NCBI GenBank assembly: GCA_964413725.1
Contig: CAYPUH010000012.1
Coordinates: 1,389 to 33,388, forward strand
DNA: 32,000 bases
Direction: 5' to 3'
Source: an uncultured Cytophagia bacterium
GTDB taxonomy: Bacteria; Zhuqueibacterota; Zhuqueibacteria; Residuimicrobiales; Oceaniaggregativiventaceae
Positions 26,331 through 32,000 of this stretch are shown here, piece after piece. The notes beneath the pieces were generated by a model. It did not search any database. It was not told the DNA's origin and saw nothing but the letters and a program-made list of their open reading frames with translations. The translations under genes were made by a program, and so were the position numbers. The first letter of the stretch is position 1. The number at the start of each line of letters is the position of its first letter.

Positions 26331-27527
26331 TCACTCATTATGATGTTGTCTGCGTTCGAGCATGGTTTTGATGCCATCCAGGGGAAGCGCGGCGCTGGCC
26401 AGATAGTTGGGCAACCGGTGCTCTTTGCCAAAGATCCATTCACATGCTCCGTGCTGCTGAAAATGATGCACCATGTCGATAACGGTCTGATCGGCCAGAT
26501 CTGAATCCACCAAATCCAGGGTATAGACGAACCATCCCGTGGGTGTGGCCCAGTAGGCGCCGTTCTGGTACTCATCGCGGGTCCAGGCCTTTTCCCAGTA
26601 GACACCTCCTGGCAGATGGCGAATCTGGCCGTGTCGAACGATTTCCCCATAGTGATTTTTGAAATAGGTTGCGATGGTCTGCGATTGCACCGTATCGGCC
26701 ACGCCCAGATAGACCGCAAAGGCCGAACCCCAAATGTCGTGTTCTTTGCAGAGCGCGGTTGCAGCCCGGAACAATCCCGTCTGCGGATCCCAAAATACCT
26801 CCCGAATGCGATCGGCAACCCGGCCGCCTTTTTGTCGCCAGTGGTGGGCATCGCTGTCGCGTCCATCCCGTTGTAACAAATCCGACAGTTGCCGGCAAGC
26901 TTGAACAAACAGCAATGAACTGAACAGCACATCACCCTGTTTGCTCACCGTATCGGTAAAGCCATAGGGACACCGGTCCCGTTCCGGACCGGGTACGATA
27001 TGTATCAGGCCGGTTTCGGCGTTTCTGGGCGCGGCGTTCATTGCCCGGATCAGGGCGGGCAGGATTTCCCCGAGTACGTCCTCATCTCCGGTTTTTTGGA
27101 TGGTATGCCACGCCATATCCACGGTAAATTGCGATCCGTCGGCGGTCGGGTGTTTACCCATTTTGCCGAAATTGGGTTTGTAAATGGGAGTGCCGTCGAA
27201 TGTCACACAATCCACTCCGGCGCCGTCGGAGCGAATGCTGCGGACGAACAGCCGGCAGGCGTCAATCAATTCACGGTCGGAATAGGACTCGATAGAGCCT
27301 TCCAGGGTATAGGCATAGTCGCGCAGCCAGAACGCTTCATAGCCCAATCCCACTTGTGGCGGAAAGGCCGCCGTGCTGTCGTTCATGGTCCGTCGGGAGG
27401 CCCGGATCAGACGGTTCGCTTCAGTTTTAAGCCAGGTGACGGCGTCTGAAAGTGCAAGTACGGATTCGTTTTGAGGTCTGGTAGTCATAGCACTTGTAAA
27501 AAGAGTACCCAATATCAGGACAAGCAT
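26331..27527 (-). CDS. Secreted six-hairpin (alpha/alpha)6 glycoside-hydrolase-like protein
   Basis: 398 aa. The N-terminus is signal-like (MLVLILGTLFTSAM). The motifs EAFWLRDYAY, CPYGFTDTV and EYQNGAYWATPTGWFVYTL resemble GH63/GDE/trehalase-clan toroid enzymes. The family is not resolved by eye. Confidence 0.55.
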   Translation of the reverse strand: MLVLILGTLFTSAMTTRPQNESVLALSDAVTWLKTEANRLIRASRRTMNDSTAAFPPQVGLGYEAFWLRDYAYTLEGSIESYSDRELIDACRLFVRSIRSDGAGVDCVTFDGTPIYKPNFGKMGKHPTADGSQFTVDMAWHTIQKTGDEDVLGEILPALIRAMNAAPRNAETGLIHIVPGPERDRCPYGFTDTVSKQGDVLFSSLLFVQACRQLSDLLQRDGRDSDAHHWRQKGGRVADRIREVFWDPQTGLFRAATALCKEHDIWGSAFAVYLGVADTVQSQTIATYFKNHYGEIVRHGQIRHLPGGVYWEKAWTRDEYQNGAYWATPTGWFVYTLDLVDSDLADQTVIDMVHHFQQHGACEWIFGKEHRLPNYLASAALPLDGIKTMLERRQHHNE

Positions 27528-28157
27528 CAGGTGTCGTTGTATGGTGGACTCTCGGTTTTCCCTTTCGATTTGCGTGTTTGATGGTCATCAAGGGGTTTTG
27601 AGTCACATTCGTCCCGAGTCGATTTGTATCACATTACATGTTTACAATAGCTGGTTTCCATGGGAATTGCAAGGGAAAAGAGGAAAACAACCGGAGATAT
27701 TGTGCTTCCGGATCATTACGACGCATGAGTGACAGCAATTGATACCTGTGGTACCCGCTTCTGTGCCGCTCCGGCTCTGGCGTTCGCCTATATATTGAAG
27801 GATAGGAGTTTTTTCAATGTCCTGCACACGTTGTGGCCCATTCTTGTTTAAAAGTGAACGCCAGGATCCTGCGCGGGCTGCGCGCACTCTCCCGCGGCAT
27901 CCGTTGGAAGATGTGCGCTCTGGTCTCTATAAGCAGGTGATGTATCCATAGCCTTTCCGGCAGGCGGGAGGATCGCGCTCCGCAAGAGTTGTTCATGTTT
28001 CCGGACAACAGGTGTGTCAATCAGGTGTCGGCAGTCAATTGTAACTTTGGCGAGCCACACCACGCCCTCACGTGTCACCGTTTTTATCCCGGATTCAATG
28101 TGTATGTATCCCGATTTGATCAACGCTTTCAAACAGGGTGTGGGGATGGTGAACCTT

Positions 28158-28736
28158 TTAGGTGTCCATTGCCTCTGCGAATCTGGCGTGTTCCGGAAAT
28201 GTGTCCTGAGGAAGTCCTGAAGCCTTTTCAAGGCGTCCCGTCATGTTAAAATACGAGATGAGAGCCGAGGCCTCATAGATGCCGTTTTCATCCCAGCCTG
28301 CCGTGCGGAGTGCTTCCACATCAGTATCCTCGATCATTTCGGGTTGTTGTGTGAGTTTTTTGCTATAGGTCAACAAGGCACGGGTTTTTGGATCCAGATC
28401 GTATTCCGGCCATGTGGTTGCAAATTCTGCATCCAGATGTTCATCTCCTGTAAGACGGCGAACTGCCGTCACATGCATTGCCAGTCATGGCGCCCCTCCC
28501 ACCAGACCGTTTACCACTGTGGCCATCATTTCTCGTTGGAGCCGGCTCAGGGGAGATGTTTTGCGCAGGTGCAAATGTTGATATATTTGACCCAATCTGA
28601 ATCCCAGCTTGAGGTCGACCATAGCGATTTTGAAAATGCCTGGAAGGGTACCCCCATACTTTTTTTTGAACATGTTCAACAGAAATTTTCGGATTCCACG
28701 AGCAGATTCCAGAGTTACAATTTTGATTCTGGCCAT
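28158..28736 (-). CDS. AhpD/carboxymuconolactone-decarboxylase (CMD)-family peroxidase-related protein, probable selenoprotein (in-frame TGA at 28485-28487)
   Basis: ORF-track entries 28485..28838 and 28158..28478 are in the same frame, separated only by TGA-CTG-GCA. Joined, they read ...REMMATVVNGLVGGAP-U-LAMHVTAVRRLTGDEHLD... The TGA sits exactly where CMD/AhpD proteins have the redox Cys (C-x-x-x-H). The ATG at 28734-28736 (MARIKIV) has GGAGGAGG 6 nt upstream. The joined length of 192 aa is typical for the family. Confidence 0.7.
28450..28472 (-). promoter_or_regulatory. Candidate bacterial SECIS hairpin downstream of the in-frame UGA
   Basis: The mRNA reads UGA CUGGCAAUGCAU GU-GACGGC-AGUUC-GCCGUC-uu-AC. 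It forms a perfect 6-bp stem (28454-28459 / 28465-28470) that can be extended by 2 bp across a UU bulge. The 5-nt apical loop contains GU. The stem starts 12-14 nt after the UGA. Confidence 0.55.
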
Positions 28737-29194
28737 CTTGTACCTCCTCCATGCTCTGTTTGATACAATATGTCTTGTGAAATGAAATGAGACCGGTGAA
28801 GAGGTTTGTTTTCGTATCAAAGGACTATGATACACCATAAAGTTTCAAGACAGCCTTCAACACCGGCGTTGACAGATCCAGACGATAGACTCGATGTCGA
28901 TCGGTACGTCCTCAACGGTTTACCTGCCCGATTGTCACCGGCATCTTTGGTTACATCATCGGGACATGGAGACCGCGTCGTAATAGTTGTGATACAGCAA
29001 GTGCGAAGGCTTTTATTCCATCGGCAGGTCGATTAGAGGGCGTGAGACGTTCTCTGTCGTATTTTTCGTACCCCCGGACAGATGCCGTCGCGGTGTTTGA
29101 CCTTGTTTGGGTATATTGGCTACCGGTGATTTTTCATCCATTTTTTATTTCAGTAATTAATGATGGACAGGTTCAAGGGCTGTTAAGGATGGCA

Positions 29195-29875
29195 TCAGGG
29201 CAGGAAGAGAAGACTCAGAACCACAATGACAAGCAAGGCGGGTAATATGTTCAGTACTTTGATTGTGGTGATTTCCAGCAGATTCAATCCCAATGCCAGC
29301 AGCAGGATACCCCCAACACCTGTCAGTTGGTTCAGGAGATGTGTTGTGAGCACCGGTTCCAAAAGTCCGGCAAATAGCGTCAATCCTCCCTGATAGAGGA
29401 GGAGCGGAAGGGCGGAGAGGATGACACCGGCTCCCATTCCCGCAGCGAGAGCTATGGATGAGAATCCGTCGAGAACCGATTTTGCCATGAGCAGATTGGG
29501 ATCGTCTCTCAAACCCTCTTCTATGGCTCCCAATATAGCCATAGACCCCACGCAGAACAAAAGGGTGGCCGTCATCCATCCCTCGGAAAATCGACTGTGA
29601 GATACCCGGAGTCGGCGTTGGATGATGTCACTGAGGGTTTGAACCCGTTCATCCAATCGCAATCCCTCACCCATGATCGCTCCCAGGACCAGACTGAATA
29701 TGACCAACAGGGTTTCATCGGTTTTTAGAGCCATGGACAGACCGAGGGCGAGGGTGAAAAGTCCGATGGCCTGGAAAACGATCCGGGTTATGCGCTGCGG
29801 GAGGTTCCGGTGTAACAGCAGACCGATACTGCCCCCGATGAGGATCGCGAGTGTGTTGATAAGGGTTCCAAGCAT
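29195..29875 (-). CDS. DUF554-family membrane protein (YqgA/YdfK-like)
   Basis: MLGTLINTLAILIGGSIGLLLHRNLPQRI...GLFTLALGLSMAL...LGAIMGEGLRLDERV matches the conserved N-terminus of DUF554 proteins. The track start (GTG at 29890) touches the upstream stop. The ATG at 29873-29875 is preferred. Confidence 0.85.
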   Translation of the reverse strand: MLGTLINTLAILIGGSIGLLLHRNLPQRITRIVFQAIGLFTLALGLSMALKTDETLLVIFSLVLGAIMGEGLRLDERVQTLSDIIQRRLRVSHSRFSEGWMTATLLFCVGSMAILGAIEEGLRDDPNLLMAKSVLDGFSSIALAAGMGAGVILSALPLLLYQGGLTLFAGLLEPVLTTHLLNQLTGVGGILLLALGLNLLEITTIKVLNILPALLVIVVLSLLFLP

Positions 29876-29889
29876 AGACGTGTCCGACA

Positions 29890-30522
29890 CTAGTCGAATA
29901 CCGCAGGTGTATCCGGATGGTCAAAAGCTGTTTGGATATCTACCAGGTGTCGTTCATTTGTTCGGTTTGAGGACAGGGGAGGGAGGCTGGACCAGTTAAA
30001 AAAGTTCACCTCTGAGGTCTCGATGCTGGGTTTTGCAGATCCGCCGGTGAGATGAGAGAGAAACACGAGTTTAAAGGCGTGATACAGCTCCATGGGTCGT
30101 CCGGAGCGATTGGCATCATACACACCCACCAGCCGGTCCACGGCAACGTCATAGCCGCTCTCTTCTTTGGTTTCGCGGACTGCGACCTGGGACGGCCGAT
30201 TGCCCACGTCTGCCCATCCGCCCGGCAGACTCCAGCGGCCATCGGAACGCTCACGCACCAGCAGGATTTTATCGTCGTGGATGACCGCGCTTCGGACGTC
30301 GATTTTGGGGGTCGCATATCCCTGTTGAGACTGAAAAGAGAGCAGAGCGTCGGATTCTTGCAGGGTACTGTGATGAGCGATGATTTCGGCAGCAATATGA
30401 AGAAGACGCTGATACCGTTCCGTGTCATAGTCGCTCAGACTAAAGTTCAGACCGGTCTGCCCCAGGGCCTGCAATTCTCTTGCCCACGTTAACCAGCAAC
30501 TGTTGTGTCCGGAGGCGGTCAT
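29890..30522 (-). CDS. NUDIX hydrolase with a Nudix_N_2-type N-terminal domain (ADP-ribose pyrophosphatase-like)
   Basis: 210 aa. The N-terminal block is WLTWARELQALGQTGLNFSLSDYDTERYQRLLHIAAEII. The Nudix box is GGWADVGNRPSQVAVRETKEESG. The ATG overlaps the PlsC stop (ATGA at 30519-30522). Confidence 0.9.
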   Translation of the reverse strand: MTASGHNSCWLTWARELQALGQTGLNFSLSDYDTERYQRLLHIAAEIIAHHSTLQESDALLSFQSQQGYATPKIDVRSAVIHDDKILLVRERSDGRWSLPGGWADVGNRPSQVAVRETKEESGYDVAVDRLVGVYDANRSGRPMELYHAFKLVFLSHLTGGSAKPSIETSEVNFFNWSSLPPLSSNRTNERHLVDIQTAFDHPDTPAVFD

Positions 30523-31286
30523 GACGGTTCTGAATGATGTTTTTTAGGGTACTTTGTGTTCGGTTCGAGTTGTTGTTGCATGGTCTGAAGCCGGTCGATC
30601 ACCTTATCTATGGCCGCCTGAGCGGTTTCTTTGTTTTTGGGCTTGTCCTTAAATTCGGACAGGTCGATGGGTTCGCCAAATTCGACGGTGATTTTTTTGA
30701 ATAGTTTGGGAAAATGGGTGCCGATGGGAAGGACCTTGTTCATTCCGGAGATGCAGACCGGGACCACGGTTGGCCATGTTTCCAGCATGAGGTAGCCGGT
30801 GCCGGCACGGCCGCGGCCGATCCTGCCGGAACGGGTGCGGGTACCTTCCGGAAAAAGCAGCAATGGGCTGAATCTCAGGGCTTCTGCCATACGAAAGATG
30901 GCCCCCATATCCTTGCGACCGCGTTTGATGGGAAAGCTTTTAAAGTTATTGGACAGCCAGGCGAGAATGGGAGTGTTGAAAAAATTCTCTTCTGCTGCGG
31001 GATTCCATGGGATCAGCGATGGGCGCCAGTACGCTTGAGGAAAATAAGCGCAGATTCCCACCAGAAAGCTGTCAATCATGCTTTGATGGTTGGACAACAG
31101 CAGGGTGTTGGGTTTGTTGGGAACGTTTTGACGACCCCGTACCCGTGTCCGATTGAGAACCCAGAACAAAATCAATCCCAGGAAAACGGCGGTCTGGGTA
31201 ACCACATAGTGAGTGACGGGCCAGAAAAATTGAAAGATACGGCCACGATCGGCATAAAATGAAGCAGGCCCTTTTCGTTTTGACAT
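30519..31286 (-). CDS. plsC: 1-acyl-sn-glycerol-3-phosphate acyltransferase family (LPLAT/PlsC)
   Basis: It carries the acyltransferase motif I (LLLSNHQSMIDSF, H-x4-D) and motif III (LLFPEGTRTRSG). The track ORF extends to 31478, but that extension looks non-coding. I chose the ATG at 31284-31286 (MSKRKGPASFY...), giving 255 aa. Confidence 0.85.
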   Translation of the reverse strand: MSKRKGPASFYADRGRIFQFFWPVTHYVVTQTAVFLGLILFWVLNRTRVRGRQNVPNKPNTLLLSNHQSMIDSFLVGICAYFPQAYWRPSLIPWNPAAEENFFNTPILAWLSNNFKSFPIKRGRKDMGAIFRMAEALRFSPLLLFPEGTRTRSGRIGRGRAGTGYLMLETWPTVVPVCISGMNKVLPIGTHFPKLFKKITVEFGEPIDLSEFKDKPKNKETAQAAIDKVIDRLQTMQQQLEPNTKYPKKHHSEPS

Positions 31287-31613
31287 GGATACAACCTCTG
31301 TGTTTGGCAATGACAGTGGGTCCCGGACCCATGGGTCAGCAGCGTGGCAACTTCCGGTATTGGAAGAGGTGACCCAAGGCATTTTGGACATTGTAAAGCG
31401 CCAAATCCCCAGGATATTCAATATAATATCACACCTGCTTGGGTGGAACCAGCAATGTTCGCAGAAAAATGGTTTCAAACGGATACATTTGATCAGCTTC
31501 CCTCAGCACAGAATCCGAATTGAAAGATAATAAATAGAATGATCATAAGAAACAGTAAATTTCCTTATACAAGACCTGTAAAAGCCGGGACTGGTTAGAG
31601 TGTTTGAGCTGGC

Positions 31614-32000
31614 TTAGGAGTTTTCAAGTTCATTCAGAATGGTTCTGATGTGGTCTGACTCTTCGTCCTCCGGTGCAATTTCCAGAAAACGCTCAAAATG
31701 GTGCCGGGCTTTGTCATCGCTGTCTCCGTCCTCATAGTAGAGATGACCGAGATGCAGATGGGCGATGGCATCCTGAGGTTGAATATTCAGGATGTTGTGA
31801 TAGAGGTCTTTGATGAATGTGGGTTCTGCTCCTCGTTTGACGCCGAGGTTGGCCCGGGCATGCATGATAGAGGTGTCGTCGGTGAGATGGTTTTGAATGA
31901 CCTGCAGGTATTCTTCTGCAGCTTCACTGATTTCTTCATCATGCCCTCTGAATGCTGCCTCGATAAAAGCGTCGGCCGCGTCTTTGTGTCGTTTCAGTTC
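31614..32000 (-). CDS. TPR-repeat protein, C-terminal part (the 5' end runs off the window)
   Basis: The frame stays open from the TAA stop (31614-16) to the window edge. ...AIAHLHLGHLYYEDGDSDDKARHHFERFLEIAPEDEE... is a TPR-like helix pair. The track lists only the 83-aa part after an internal Met. Confidence 0.7.
   Translation of the reverse strand, partial: ELKRHKDAADAFIEAAFRGHDEEISEAAEEYLQVIQNHLTDDTSIMHARANLGVKRGAEPTFIKDLYHNILNIQPQDAIAHLHLGHLYYEDGDSDDKARHHFERFLEIAPEDEESDHIRTILNELENS

Noticed and set aside
27848-28231. 127-aa minus-strand ORF downstream of the CMD gene.
   Set aside because: It starts at a TTG and overlaps the 3' end of the CMD gene by 74 nt in another frame. It has no motif and no RBS, so I kept it only as part of the gene-free-gap observation.
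31287-31478. N-terminal 64-aa extension of the PlsC ORF (MKPFFCEHCWFHPSRCD...).
   Set aside because: The Cys/Trp-rich extension resembles no acyltransferase N-terminus. The internal ATG at 31286 gives a canonical-length PlsC beginning just before its TM helix.
1-32000. A window-wide look for CRISPR arrays, rRNA/tRNA genes, transposases, integrases, long direct or inverted terminal repeats and toxin-antitoxin pairs.
   Set aside because: No regularly spaced direct repeats, cloverleaf-compatible sequences, or DDE/tyrosine/serine recombinase-like ORFs were seen by eye. Short or diverged elements could still be missed without computation.

Overview
The window is almost fully coding. I support 22 protein genes and see no rRNA, tRNA, CRISPR array, transposase or integrase. 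A FlgD-Ig/T9SS-type C-terminal sorting domain suggests an uncultured FCB-group-like bacterium, but this is inference only. Positions 1-16.5 kb hold ordinary accessory metabolism and envelope genes: a DcyD/ACC-deaminase-family fragment, MgtC+DUF4010, a GNAT, two translationally coupled amidohydrolase-2 paralogues, a T9SS-cargo protein, a Cys-type sulfatase, an arylsulfotransferase-like protein, a 1107-aa internally duplicated CPBP membrane protease, a DegT aminotransferase, and an 888-aa secreted six-hairpin-like protein. The most interesting region is 18.2-26.15 kb, possibly extending to 17.0 kb, all on the minus strand. It encodes, in order, (A) a pfkB-like + AAA+ + RyR-repeat protein, (B) a stand-alone SLOG/LOG-like protein, (C) a TIR protein with a tandemly duplicated C-terminal domain, and (D) a 2-TM pore-loop-like + 2x degenerate TrkA_N/RCK + RyR-repeat membrane protein, followed by a single-pass membrane protein of unknown function. 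TIR plus SLOG is the core logic of Thoeris-type NAD-derived-signal immunity. The RyR-tagged ATPase and the channel-like protein are not part of any named defence system I know of. I therefore flag this cluster as a candidate undescribed abortive-infection/signalling system. Positions 26.3-32 kb hold a GH-like protein, DUF554, NUDIX, PlsC and a TPR fragment. This region also carries an AhpD/CMD-family gene that the ORF track splits in two. The two halves are joined in frame by a TGA at the redox-Cys position, with a hairpin just downstream, so it is probably a selenoprotein. All domain calls come from by-eye motif recognition, and no searches were run.
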